Source: the human T2T-CHM13v2.0 reference genome, Homo sapiens
Assembly: GCF_009914755.1 (NCBI RefSeq)
Contig: NC_060944.1
Strand: one strand, 5' to 3'
DNA: 64,000 nt
Shown here: positions 25,601 through 42,000 of the stretch, piece by piece
Layout of the letters: the number at the start of each line of letters is the position of its first letter
Position numbering within the stretch: the stretch's first letter is position 1
The notes under the pieces: generated by a model
Seen by the model: only the letters and a program-made list of their open reading frames with translations
Told to the model about the DNA's origin: nothing
The model's database searches: none
Program-made: the position numbers and the translations under genes

Positions 25601-25769
25601 GGGTGAGTGGCAGCACCCACCTGCTGAAGATGTCTCCAGAGACCTTCTGCAGGTACTGCAGGGCATCCGCCATCTGCTGGACGGCCTCCTCTCGCCGCAG
25701 GTCTGGCTGGATGAGGGGCACGGCATAGGTCTGACCTGCCAGGGAGTGCTGCATCCTCACAGGAGTCAT
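13531..25769 (-). CDS. WASHC1: WASH1/WASHC1 paralogue (WASH complex subunit 1, Arp2/3 nucleation-promoting factor); intact 10-coding-exon CDS, 468 aa
   Basis: Manual splice of 25769-25621, 17227-17116, 16909-16763, 16586-16450, 16211-16076, 15898-15697, 15608-15441, 14781-14629, 13873-13805 and 13664-13531 gives 1407 nt. It starts at ATG in a gcaccATG context and ends at TAG 13533-13531, with no internal stop or frameshift. All introns are GT-AG. Protein runs [28 protein letters not shown]...[10 protein letters not shown]. The symbol names the family; this is not the 9p copy. Confidence 0.96.
13805..13873 (-). CDS. WASHC1: WASH1 exon 10 (69 nt, C region)
   Basis: ttgcag|TG AGA...AAG G|gtagg; [23 protein letters not shown]. 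Confidence 0.95.
14629..14781 (-). CDS. WASHC1: WASH1 exon 9 (153 nt, WH2/V domain)
   Basis: ctccag|TC CAG...CAA G|gtgagc; [51 protein letters not shown]. Confidence 0.95.
15441..15608 (-). CDS. WASHC1: WASH1 exon 8 (168 nt, proline-rich)
   Basis: tttcag|AC CTA...TCA G|gtggg; [10 protein letters not shown]12[35 protein letters not shown]. Confidence 0.95.
15697..15898 (-). CDS. WASHC1: WASH1 exon 7 (202 nt, WHD2 region)
   Basis: ttgcag|GTC...GCA G|gtgagc; [40 protein letters not shown]...VAEPLKA. Confidence 0.95.
16076..16211 (-). CDS. WASHC1: WASH1 exon 6 (136 nt, contains K220)
   Basis: cctgtag|G TAC...CAG|gtggga; [46 protein letters not shown]. Confidence 0.95.
16212..16279 (-). ncRNA. 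MIR6859: MIR6859-family hairpin (tailed-mirtron-like) at the 3' end of WASH intron 5
   Basis: Minus strand reads tgtgggagaggaacatgggctcaggacagcaggtgtcagcttgcctgacccccatgtcgcccctgtag. It contains the miR-6859-5p sequence GAGAGGAACATGGGCTCAGGACA and ends at the exon 6 acceptor AG. Confidence 0.8.
16450..16586 (-). CDS. WASHC1: WASH1 exon 5 (137 nt, contains Y141)
   Basis: ctcccag|GAG...AAC CT|gtatgg; [45 protein letters not shown]. Confidence 0.95.
16763..16909 (-). CDS. WASHC1: WASH1 exon 4 (147 nt)
   Basis: ccacag|GTG...CAG|gtctg; [22 protein letters not shown]...PLDERALQ. Confidence 0.95.
17116..17227 (-). CDS. WASHC1: WASH1 exon 3 (112 nt)
   Basis: atggcag|G ATC...AAG|gtagt; [38 protein letters not shown]. 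Confidence 0.95.
18153..18290 (+). repeat. ~70-bp tandem duplication in WASH intron 2
   Basis: tgagaaggcagaggcg(t/c)gactggggttcatgagga...ggtggagggg occurs twice. Confidence 0.8.
25621..25769 (-). CDS. WASHC1: WASH1 exon 2 coding part (aa 1-50, start of WHD1); exon spans 25621-25774
   Basis: cccacag|gcaccATG...ttcagcag|gtgggt; [49 protein letters not shown]. Confidence 0.95.
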
Positions 25770-27665
25770 GGTGCCTGTGGGTGGGAGCCGGAGCATCAGA
25801 GCCACCCACGACCACCGGCACCCACCCACCACAGGGCAGCGTGGTGTTGAGACAACACAGCCCTCATCCCAACTATGCACATAGCTTCAGCCTGCACAGA
25901 TAGGGGAGTAGGGGACAGAGCATTTGCTGAGAGGCCAGGAGCGCATAGATGGGACTCTGCTGATGCCTGCTGAGTGAATGAGGGAAAGGGCAGGACCAGG
26001 GACTGGGGAATCTGTAGGGTCAATGGAGGAGTTCACAGAAGGTGCAACATTTCTGACCCCCTACAAGGTGCTTGCTACCTGCCAGGCACCCTTTCCATAC
26101 ATTGTCTCAGCTCAGCTCCCCACCTTGGATAAACAAGAAACCTTGGTTGCAGAGGAAAAAAGAGGCTGGAAACAAAGGGGTAGAAATGGGGTAGCGGGGG
26201 AGATTGCCTGATCAACTGCCAAATGGTACCCAGTTCTGGAAAAGCACAAAAAATGTGCACACACGGGTTCTTCCCACTTTAACCCCTGAGGAATTTGAGG
26301 CCTGCTCCTGAAACAGACTGGGCAGTGGCTAGTGACTCTAGGTATAGGAGTATCCAGCCCTGCTCACCCAGGCTAGAGCTTAGGGGGCCAAGAGGAAAGA
26401 GGTGCCTGTGGGGGTAGAGGACAGGAAGGAAAAACACTCCTGAAATTGCAAAGTGAGGGCAGAGTCTATTTATATTGGGTTTAATTAACTCCTCTCCCTG
26501 GTGCCACTAAAGCAGCAATCACACTGCAGACAGCACTGATTTGATTGGCAAGAGATGCACCAGGCAGAATATTAAGGGACCAGGCCCCTATAAATAGGCC
26601 TAATCACAGCCCCTCGCTGGAAAATGGTAAGGAAGACATTAATCAGGCCTGGCACTGTGCCCTAGACCTGCTCCCCTAGGCACTACAGTGGGGCCCTTGG
26701 TTGCAACACAAGTAGGTAGGGATGGATGAGTGTGGCATGAAGGGCCTAGGAGATTTCATTTGGGTTTAAAATGCTGTGACCTTGAGTAAGTTGCCGTCTC
26801 TGAATCTGATCCTTTCCATTTCCCATTCTCCAAACTGAGAACTAGCACTGCTGAGACGTGGTTATTCCCAATAACTTGTATATTTTACATAACGTACCAC
26901 ACCAACATCTTCACCAGCTGGAGCCTACTCCTTTGCTCCCCCTGCTGGCTTCCCCAGCCCTCCCTTCTGCCCTCCTCAGGCCAGCACTTTTCAGTGAGTT
27001 CCTCCTTTGCATACAGGCTTTCCAGATCTGTACTTGCCTTGAATACTCATCAGAGCCCAGGAGTTACTCCTCACCTCCCACTTATTTTTCCTCCCATCAA
27101 ATAACTAAAGCATGGCCAGCTGATGCCCAGCCAACTGAGAAACCTAACCCTCTGAGACCACCACACCCCTTTCAAGCATGTTCCTCCCTCCCCTTCTTTG
27201 TATTTATACTGATGCAAGTTTGCTGGCTGTCCTTATTTCTGTGCCTCAGTTCTCCCATATGTAAGATCACAAAGGGGGTAAAGATGCAAGATATTTCCTG
27301 TGCACATCTTCAGATGAATTTCTTGTTAGTGTGTGTGTGTTTGCTCACACATATGCGTGAAAGAAGAGTACATACACAAATCTCCTCAAAAAGGAGGCAG
27401 CAAGCCCGTTCAAGAATGGGACTGAATACACCTGATGAGTGGTTTACTTTCTGTCTGCAAACATCTACTGATGATCTATTAGGTGCAGGCCATGATCACA
27501 ACAAAGACGAATAAGACACTACACTAGCCAGGGAGAGTCTCAAAAACAACTAAACTCAAATTAAATTCATTCTACTCCAGTCATGAGTACAAAGCTAAGG
27601 AGTGACAAATCCCTTTTGGAGTTAGGGGAGTCAGGAAAAAGCTCTTAGCAGAATGTGTGCCTCTC

Positions 27666-28104
<439 letters not shown>

Positions 28105-29559
28105 TCAAAATTAAAGCTAGGAGTTTGGACTTGTGGCAGGAATGAAATCCTTAGACCTGTGCTGTCCAATATGGTAGCCACCAGGCACATACAGCCACTG
28201 AGCACTTGAAATGTGGATAGTCTGAATTGAGATGTGCCATAAGTGTAAAATATGCACCAAATTTCAAAGACTAGAAAAAAAGAATGTAAAATATCTTATT
28301 ATTTTATATTGATTACATGCTAAAATAACCATATTTGGGATATACTGGATTTTAAAAATATATTACTAATTTCATCTGTTTCTTTTTACTTTTAGAAATC
28401 ACATATGTGACTTAAATATTTCTTTTCTTTTTCTTTCCTCTCACTCAGTGTCCTGTGATTCCAAAGAAATGAGTCTCTGCTCTTTTGGGGCAGGAGATAT
28501 CCTAGAACGGACTCTGACCTAAGCATCAAAATTAATCATCATAACGTTATCATTTTATGGCCCCTTCTTCCTATATCTGGTAGCTTTTAAATGATGACCA
28601 CGTAGATAATCTTTATTGTCCCTCTTTCAGCAGACGGTATTTTCTTATGCTACAGTATGACTGCTAATACCTACATACGTTAGAACCATTCTGACTCCTC
28701 AAGAATCTCATTTAACTCTTATTATCAGTGAATTTATCATCATCCCCAATTTTGGGTAAGGAAATGGGGTTAGAAAGACCAAATAACATTTTTTCAACAA
28801 CAAAACACTAGCTTGAGATCAAGCCCAGACTTGGATCTGTTGTCTGAATTCCAAGCTTTTTGTTATTCATTGATATGTTTTGTTGTTTTCACGCAATAAT
28901 GCAAATCTTAGCCCAAACATTTTGTTAGTAGTACCAACTATAAGTCACCTTATCTTGATACTTTGTCTTTATGTAAACCTAAATTAGATCTGTTTTTGAT
29001 ACTGAGGGAAAAACAAGGGAATCTAACACTAACCAGCCCGTAGTGTGTGGTCAACACTTTCGTTACTTTAGTATACATCACCCCAATTGTTTGTCTTCAC
29101 CACACACTTTGGAGTTAGGTAGTAGTATCTATTTTTACAAATAAGAAAACCCAGGCACAAAGGGGTTGATTAGCAATTATCTTTTGAAAAGCCTGTAGTG
29201 CTCATCTGAAGAACTGACGGACCATCTCTTATTTAGTGGACAGACAATAACTAGTTGAGAAGACAGGGGATTTTGTGGGCGGAAAAAAATTTTTATCAAA
29301 AGTCGTCTTCTATCAGGGAGTTTTATGAGAAACCCTAGCTCCTCAGTTCCACAGTGGGTAACTGCAATTCATTCTAGGTCTGCGATATTTCCTGCCTATC
29401 CATTTTGTTAACTCTTCAATGCATTCCATAAATGCCTAAGTATTCTTTAATAATGGTGTTTCTTTTTTGCATCTATGAAGTTTTTTCAAATTCTTTTTAA
29501 GTGACAAAACTTGTACATGTGTATCGCACAATATTTCTAGTCGACATCACTGCTTTCGA

Positions 29560-30720
29560 GAATGTAAACCGTGCACTCCCAGGAAAATGCAGACACAGCA
29601 CGCCTCTTTGGGACCACGGTTTATACTTTCGAAGTGCTCGGAGCCCTTCCTCCAGACCGTTCTCCCACACCCCGCTCCAGGGTCTCTCCCGGAGTTACAG
29701 GCCTCGCTGTAGGCCCCGGGAACCCAAAGCGGTGTCAGAGAAGTGGGGTCCCCTACGAGGGACCAGGAGCTCCGGGCGGGCAGCAGCTGCGGAAGAGCCG
29801 CGCGAGGCTTCCCAGAACCCGGCCGGGGCGGGAAGACGCAGCAGTGAGGGGGCGGAACCGGGACCCCGCAGAGCCCGGCTCCCTGCGCCCCACAAGCCTT
29901 GGCTTCCCTGCTAGGGCCGGGCAAGGCCAGGTGCAGGGCGCGGCTCCAGGGAGGAGGCTCCGGGGCGAGCCCAAGACGCCTCCCGGGCGATCGGGGCCCA
30001 GCGGCGGCGTTCGCAGTGGAGCCGGGCACCGGGCAGCGACCGCGGAACACCAGCTTGGCGCAGGCTTCTCGGTCAGGAACGGTCCCGGGCCTCCCGCCCG
30101 CCTCCCTCCAGCCCCTCCGGGTCCCCCACTTCGCCCCGCCAGGCCCCACAACCCTACTTCCCGCGGCCCCGGACGCCTCCTCACCTGCGAGCCGCCCTCC
30201 CGGAAGCTCCCGCCGCCGCTTCCGCTCTGCCGGAGCCGCTGGGTCCTAGCCCCGCCGTCCACAGTCCGCCCGCGCCTCCGGGTCCTAACGCCGCCGTTCA
30301 CCCTCCGCTGCGCCCTCCCAGAGCGCGGCTCCAGGACCCCGTCGACCCGGAGCGCTGTCCTGGTGGACCGAGTCGCGGGCCTGGGCACGGAACTCACGCT
30401 CACTCCGAGCTCCCGACGTGCACACGGCTCCCATCCGTTGTCTTCCGAGCGCCAGGCCGCCCCTACCCGTGCTTTCTGCTCTGCAGACCCTCTTCCCAGA
30501 CCTCCGTCCTTTGTCCCATCGCTGCCTTCCCCTCAAGCTCAGGGCCAAGCTGTCCGCCAGCCTCGGCTCCTCCGGGCAGCCCTCGCCCTGGGTGCGCCCC
30601 GGGGCAGGACCCCCAGCCCAGGCCCAGGGCCCGCCCCTGCCCTCCAGCCCTACACCTTGACCCGCTTTCCTGCGTCTCTCAGCCTACCTGACCTTGTCTT
30701 TACCTCTGTGGGCAGCTCCC
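29560..30720. promoter_or_regulatory. CpG-island bidirectional promoter (WASH1 on -, MIR1302-host-type lncRNA on +)
   Basis: Very high GC and CpG density; ETS motifs CCGGAAG (~30200) and CTTCCG (~30219); GC boxes; contains WASH exon 1. Confidence 0.88.
30185..30240 (-). other. WASHC1: WASH1 non-coding exon 1 (5' boundary approximate)
   Basis: Donor ...ggctcgcag|gtgagg at 30185/30184 inside the CpG island; no ATG in the exon; matches the known WASH exon 1 arrangement. Confidence 0.8.
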
Positions 30721-31726
30721 TTGTGATCTGCTTAGTTCCCACCCCCCTTTAAGAATTCAATAGAGAAGCCAGACGCAAAACTACAGATATCGTATGAGTC
30801 CACTTTTGTGAAGTGCCTAGAATAGTCAAAATTCACAGAGACAGAAGCAGTGGTCGCCAGGAATGGGGAAGCAAGGCGGAGTTGGGCAGCTTGTGTTCAA
30901 CGGGTAGAGTTTCAGGCTGGGGTGATGGAAGGGTGCTGGAAATGAGTGGTAGTGATGGCGGCACAACGGTGTGAATCTACTTAATCCCACTGAACTGTAT
31001 GCTGAAAAATGGTTTAGACGGTGAATTTTAGGTTATGTATGTTTTACCACAATTTTTAAAAAGCTAGTGAAAAGCTGGTAAAAAGAAAGAAAAGAGGCTT
31101 TTTTAAAAAGTTAAATATATAAAAAGAGCATCATCAGTCCAAAGTCCAGCAGTTGTCCCTCCTGGAATCCGTTGGCTTCCCTCCGGCATTTTTGGCCCTT
31201 GCCTTTTAGGGTTGCCAGATTAAAAGACAGGATGCCCAGTTAGTTTGAATTTTAGATAAACAACGAATAATTTCTTAGCATAAATATGTCCCAAGCTTAG
31301 TTTGGGACATACTTATGCTAAAAAACATTATTGGTTGTTTATCTGAGATTCAAAATTAAGCATTTTATATTTTATTTGCTGCCTCTGGCCACCCTACTCT
31401 CTTCCTAACACTCTCTCCCTCTCCCAGTTTTGTTCGCCTTCCCTGCCTCCTCTTCTGGGGGAGTTAGATCGAGTTGTAACAAGAACATGCCACTGTCTCG
31501 CTGGCTGCAGCGTGTGGTCCCCTTACTAGAGGTAAGGAAGAGATGGATCTCCACTCATGTTGTAGACAGAATGTTTATGTCCTCTCCAAATGCTTATGTT
31601 GAAACCCTAACCCCTAATGTGATGGTATGTGGAGATGGGCCTTTGGTAGGTAATTACAGTTAGATGAGGTCGTGGGGTGGGGCCCTCATTATAGATCTGG
31701 TAAGAAAAGAGAGCATTGCCTCTCTG

Positions 31727-31757
<31 letters not shown>

Positions 31758-31960
31758 AATTTCTCTCTCTCTATCTCATTTCTCTCTCTCTTTCTCTCCT
31801 GTCTTTTCCCACCAAGTGAGGATGCGAAGAGAAGGTGACTGTCTGCAAACCAGGAAGAGAGCCCTCACCAGGAACCCATCCAGCTGCCACCTTGAACTTG
31901 GACTTCCAAGCCTCCAGAACTGTGAGGGATAAATGTATGATTTTAAAGTCGCCCAGTGTG
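30418..31960 (+). ncRNA. MIR1302-2HG-like lncRNA (exons ~30418-30903, 31428-31531, then a 3' exon)
   Basis: Donor cgg|gtagag at 30903; ctcccag|ttttg...agag|gtaagg; same arrangement as the chr1p paralogue as recalled. Confidence 0.55.
31230..31367 (+). ncRNA. MIR1302: MIR1302 hairpin derived from a MER53 palindromic DNA transposon
   Basis: Mature TTGGGACATACTTATGCTAAA at 31302-31322 pairs with ttagcataaatatgtcccaa; MER53 end tagggttgccaga at ~31207. Confidence 0.8.
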
Positions 31961-31985
31961 TGGTATTTTGTTTTGACTAATACAA
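31560..31985 (+). mobile_element. MaLR solo LTR (MLT1A/MST-like) containing a (CT)n tract
   Basis: ccctaacccctaatgtgatggtat...ttggacttccaagcctccagaactgtgag...aataca. Confidence 0.65.
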
Positions 31986-32277
31986 CCTGAAAACATTTTC
32001 CCCTCACTCCACCTGAGCAATATCTGAGTGGCTTAAGGTACTCAGGACACAACAAAGGAGAAATGTCCCATGCACAAGGTGCACCCATGCCTGGGTAAAG
32101 CAGCCTGGCACAGAGGGAAGCACACGGGCTCAGGGCTCTGCTATTCATTCTTTGTGTGACCCTGGGCAAGCCATGAATGGAGCTTCAGTCACCCCATTTG
32201 TAATGGGATTTAATTGTGCTTGCCCTGCCTCCTTTGGAGGGCTGTAGAGAAAAGATGTCAAAGTATTTTGTAATCTG

Positions 32278-32594
<317 letters not shown>

Positions 32595-33889
32595 TCAACA
32601 CACACAAAAAAAGTGTATATGCTCCACAATGCCTGTGAATATACACACACACACCACATCATATACCAAGCCTGGCTGTGTCTTCTCACAAATGTGCTGC
32701 TAGGCACCACCCCCAGTTCTAGAATCACACCAGCCAGTTCACCCTCCAGATGGTTCACCCTCAACTTCATAAAAGTTCTTTACCTAATCTACTGACAGGC
32801 TCATCCCTGACCTAATTTTAAAGATTTCCTAGGAGCTGCAATGGGAATCCTGGACCTCAGCCTGGACAAAGAACAGCTGCAGGTCATTCTCATGTGTGGA
32901 CACGGAAGCCCTGCCTGCCTTTGCTGGCCAGCTGGGCTGAGTGGGCCTGGGAAATTAAGGCTGCAGGGTTGGTCCCAGGCAGTCTTGCTGAAGCTTGCCA
33001 CATCCCCCAGCCTCTTGGATTTGCCAGGATCCAAGAGCATGGACTTTAGGAATTCCTGGTGGAGGAGTGAAGAAAATGTGACAGGGTGTCCTAAGCCCCG
33101 ATCTACAGGAAGAAAACTGGAAATAAGACTGAGGACTTAGTTTAAGATGTTCCTACTCAGCCTCTAGCTTTTGTGCTACAGTTCCGGGAACAGACTCCCC
33201 TCTCCTGAAAACCACTTCCCTCTGCAGCATTAAATTTCACCAAGATGTCTTGCTTGTGGGAAAGACTTCCAAGGATGCCTGGAGAGAGGAGGATGGAAAT
33301 GTCCCGCTCTCTAAACAGATAGACGGATGCAGCCAGACAGAAAATAGTTTATCTTGCTGAGGTTTCTAATGTATTTGAAAGAGGCCTGGGTCTAGAAGTC
33401 TACCCAGAGGGCTCTGTGTTGTGCAGGCAAAGATAAGAACCTTCCCTGTGGGAGTTCCAGAGCCAGTTTTCATAAACACCCATCGGCGACCGTGTTCAGA
33501 GTGAGTTCACACCATCCTGACCTGCCCTGAGTTAGACCTTACATGGTCTTCCTCCTCTAGGAAGCCTCTGCAGCCCAGGAACCTCCCCTTATCTGAAATG
33601 AACAGCATTTGAAGCTTCACCAGACAGACCAGACAGCTTAGCCCTCGTGTTGTGCCACGTGGGTTGTTCTCTGAGAGGCAGGAGAGCATAGTGGTTACTA
33701 GGAAGGGAAGGACTTTGGGACTAGACTGCCTCGGCTGGAGTCCTCTTTCTGCTTCATAGCCACGTGATCCTAGGCATGTTACCTGTGCCTCAGTTTTCAC
33801 TCTATCAATATGTAATAACTGAATCTGTCTTTGTGGTGAGGATTCAGTGAGTTAACATATTTGAAGTGCTTAAAAATGAGGCTTGTGTC

Positions 33890-34300
33890 CATAGATTAAT
33901 GAGTGAATACACAAATGGTGATATGGACATACAGTGGAGTATTAGTCATAAAAAGGAAGGCAGAGCTGATCCATGGCACCATGTGACTGAACCTCAAAAG
34001 CATTAGGTTAAGTGGAGGAAGCCAGACACAGGTCACCTATTGTGTAATTCCATTTATAGGAAATATACAGAATATGTAAATCCGTGGAGAAAGAAAGCCG
34101 ATTTCCAGGGGCTAAGGGGAGGGGAGAATGGGAAGTGGCTGCTTCATGGGTACAAGGTTTCATTTTGAGGTGATGAAAATGTTTTGGAACTACACAGAGA
34201 TAGTGTTGGCACAACATTGTGAATGTACTGAATGCCACCGATTGTTCACTTTAAAATGGTCAAACTTATGTGAATTTCACCTCCATTAAAAAAAAAAAAA
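33890..34300 (+). mobile_element. Old L1M 3' end
   Basis: aaaagcattaggttaagtgga...gtgatgaaaatgttttggaact...cactttaaaatggt plus poly-A. Confidence 0.6.
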
Positions 34301-34355
34301 GGACCAGACGTGGTTGCTCACACCCATAATCCCAACACTTTGGAAAAAGGTGAGA

Positions 34356-38156
<3,801 letters not shown>

Positions 38157-38524
38157 TAAGAAGTTTTCCTAAGAATCTCCACCCAGCGACTTGCTCTTAC
38201 ATCTTATTGGCCAGCACTGGACCACACGACTCCTTCTAGATGCACAGGAGTCCTAGGATTCTATGAGAAAGAAGGGGAGGGTGGGCAAAGGGCAGCCAGC
38301 TGTGCAGCATCTGCTGGAGACACCTAACCCTTGGTGGAGGGGTTGTGGTGCTGGGAGAAGGCTTTCTGGATGGTGTGACAGCAGAGATAAACTTAAAGGC
38401 CAAGTAGGAGTTACCCTGGGGAAGCAGGGCAGGGTTACAAGCATTCCAGCAACATGAAGCAGCAGGAGTGTTTTAATTAAAAGAAGGGAGTTGCTGTAAC
38501 CAACTATAAACAAATAAAGGCTTA

Positions 38525-39070
38525 AACACAATGGAAGTTATTTCTCACTAAGGGAACATCCAAATCCATGATACTTTAAGTCAGGGACCCAGGTTCCTCC
38601 CATCTATGGCTCTGCCATCACTAATCTGGGTCTTCCACAATTGCCATGCTCCTTGGAAGTGGGAAGAGCAGGCGGAGGACATGTGGGAGGTGTTAGGGAC
38701 AAGCCTGGAGGCAGCATGCGTCACTCCCATGCAGAGTCCATTGGCCAATGCTGGCTCCGATGGCCACATCTCACTGCAGGGGCAGCTGGGAAATACAGTC
38801 TGGCTGTCTACCCAGGAGGAAGAGCAGCCAGTTTCTGCTGCTGATGATCAGGAGGTGGAGAAATTGTTCAGTCGGGCAGGGAGTGGGAATAGACAAGACC
38901 ACAAGCAGCTTGGTGCCTCTGAAAGGGAGAGGGGTGGAGGGGAGACTAGAGAGGTGGGTAGGAATACTGGATTCCACTGACCACGTGCTGGATGTCATGC
39001 TTAGCCCTCCTGCTCTGTGCCAGGTTAGGCACCTGGTGTTTTACATATATTATATTACATTCTATTACAG
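38525..39070 (-). pseudogene. Probable FAM138 3'-exon remnant truncated by the satellite
   Basis: Resembles the recalled chr1p FAM138A terminal-exon region and stops abruptly at ttctattacag where the satellite begins. Confidence 0.45.
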
Positions 39071-42000
39071 ACAACTCCATAGCAATCCTTTCCTCTCCAT
39101 TCCATTTCTCTCCACTCCATCCCATTCCATTCCACTCCCTTCATTTCCATTCCAGTCCATTCCATTCCATTCCATTCCATTCCACTCCACTCCATTCCAT
39201 TCCACTGCACTCCATTCCACTTCACTCCACTCCACTCCACTCTACTGCATAGCACTCCACTCCATTACATTCCACTCCACTCCACTCAAATCCATTCAAT
39301 TCCATTCCACTAAACTCCTTTCAACTCCACTCCACACTATTCCATTCCCCTCCATTCCACTGCACTCCTCTCCATTACTTTCCACTCCACTCCACTCCAC
39401 TCCATTCCACTCCATTCCTTTCCATTCCTGTCCACTCCATTCCGTTCCACTCCACTCCACTCCATTCCACTCCATTCCATTCCACTACAATCCATTCTAC
39501 TCTACTCCATTCCAGTCCACAGTACTCCATTCAATTGCATTTCACTCCACTCCATTCCGTCCCAATCTACTCCATTCCATTGTATTCCACTCCACTCCCC
39601 TCCGTTAAATTCCTTTCTATTGCATTCCATTCGGTTCAACTCCATTCCATTCCACTCCGGTCCATTCCATTCCACTCCACTCCACTTCATTCCACTCCAT
39701 TCCATTAAATTCCACTCCATTCCATTAAATTCCACTCCATTTCACACCACTAAATTCTGCTCTACTCCATTCCACTCCACTCTTTTTCATTCCATTCCAT
39801 TCCACTCCATTCCATTCCACTCCCCTGCATTCCACTCCACTCCACTCCATTACACTCCATTACACTCCATTCCATTAAACTCCATTTCATTCCACTCCAC
39901 TCCATTTCAATCCACTCCACTCTACTCCATGCCATTCCACTCCATTCCATTCAATTCCTTGCCACTCCATTCCATTCCGCTCCACTCCATTCCAATCCAC
40001 CACACGCCATTCCATTCCACTCGATTCCATTCCATTACACTCCACTCCATTCCATTACCTTCCATTCGACTCAGTTAAGTTCCCCTCCACTCCATTCCAT
40101 TCCACTCCACTCCATTCTGTTCCACTCTACTCCTTTCCACTCCATTCCACTTCATTCCATTCCACTACTCTCCACTCCACTACACTCCAATCCACTCCTT
40201 TCAATTCCACTCCACTCCACTCCATTCCTCTCCAATCGGCTCCACTCCATTCCATTCCACTCCACTCCATTCCATTCCACTACATTCCATTCCTTTCCAT
40301 TCCATTCCATTCCATTCCACTACACTCCATTCCATTCCACTCCACTCCACTCCATTCCATTTCACTCCCTTCCACTCCAATCCACTCCTTTCCACTCTAC
40401 TCCGTTCCATTCTTCTCCAGTACATTTCACTCGACTCCATTCCCTTCCTCTCCTCTCCATTCCTCTACACTCCATACCATTCCTCTCTTCTCCATTCCAT
40501 TCAATTTCACTCCATTCCCTTCCACTCCACTCCTTTCCATTCCAATCCATTCCACTCCATTCCATTCCATTCCACACCACTCCACTCCATTCCACTGCGT
40601 TACTCTCCAGTCCATTCCATTACACTCCATTCCACTGCAATCCAATCTACTCCACTCCTCTCCATTCCATTCCACTCCATTCCATTCCATCCCATACACT
40701 CCATTTTATTCCACTCCACTGCCTCCGATTCCATTGCATTCGACTCCGTTCCATTCCCCTCCATTCCATTCCATTCCATTCCACTCCAATCCACTCCATG
40801 CCATTCGAATCCACTCCATTCCATTCCCCTGCTCTCCATTCCCCTGAATTCCATTCCTCTCCACTCCGCTCCACTCCACTCCACTTCATTCCATTCTATT
40901 TCATTCCATTCCACTCCATTTCATTCCACTCCATTTCATTCCATTCCATTCCATTCCACTCCACTCCATTCCATTCCATTCCATTCCAGTCCATTGCACT
41001 GCACGCCACTCCACTCCATTCCACTCCACTCCACTCCATTCCACTCCACTCCATTCCACACCACTCCATTCCATTGCACTCCATTCGACTCCACTCCATT
41101 CCTTTACATTCCACTCTACTCTGCTCTGCTACACTCTTTTCCTCTCCACTCCTCTCCACTCCACTCCACTCTACTCCAATTCACACCATTCCATTCCAGT
41201 CCAGCCCATTCCATTCCAGTCCATTCCACTCCACTCCATTCCATTCCACTACACTCCACTTCACTACATTCCATTCCACTCCACTCCATTCCATTCCACT
41301 CCACTCCACTCAGTTCCACTCCATTCCACTGCATTCTATGTCACTCCAGTCCATTTCACTCCACTCCATTCTATTCCACCCCACGCCACTGCACTCCACT
41401 TCATTCCACTCCACTCCACTGTACTCCACTCCACTCCATTCTATTCCATTCCACTCCATTCCTTTCCCCTCTAATCCAGTCCACTCTACTCCATTCCACT
41501 CCATTTCATTCCACTCCATTCCTTTCCATTCCACTTCACTCCATTCCACTCCACTCCACGCCATTCCATTCCTTTACACTCCACTCCATTCCATTAAATT
41601 CCATTCTACTCCGTTAAGTTCCACTCCACTCCATTCCGTTCCACTCCACTTCATTCCATTACACTCCTCTCCACTCCACTAAACTCCAATCCGCTCCTTT
41701 CCATTCCACTCCACTCCACTCCATTCCATTACACTCCACTCCATTCCATTCCACTACATGCCATTCCTTTCCATTCCATTCCAATCCATTGCATTAAATT
41801 CCATTCCATCCCATTCCATTTCACTCCACTCCACTCCATTCCACTTGACTCCACTCAGTTCCACTCAATTCCATTTGATTCCATTCCACTCCATTCCACT
41901 ACACTCCATTCCATTCCACTCCACTCCACTCCATTCCATTTCACTCCCTTCCACTCCAATCCACTCCTTTCCACTCTACTCCATTCCATTCTTCTCCAGT

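Noticed and set aside
21513-27514. Plus-strand intronic ORFs of 262 aa and 218 aa as antisense genes
   Set aside because: No recognisable homology, non-ATG or weak starts, partly MIR-derived; consistent with chance.
30185-30250. Long N-terminal extension of WASH1 from exon 1
   Set aside because: In-frame TAG at 30248-30246 about 22 codons upstream of the ATG, and no upstream ATG.
29501-30752. 393-, 216- and 200-aa ORFs over the CpG island
   Set aside because: Overlapping on both strands, low-complexity P/R/G/A composition, no recognisable domain; expected at this GC content.
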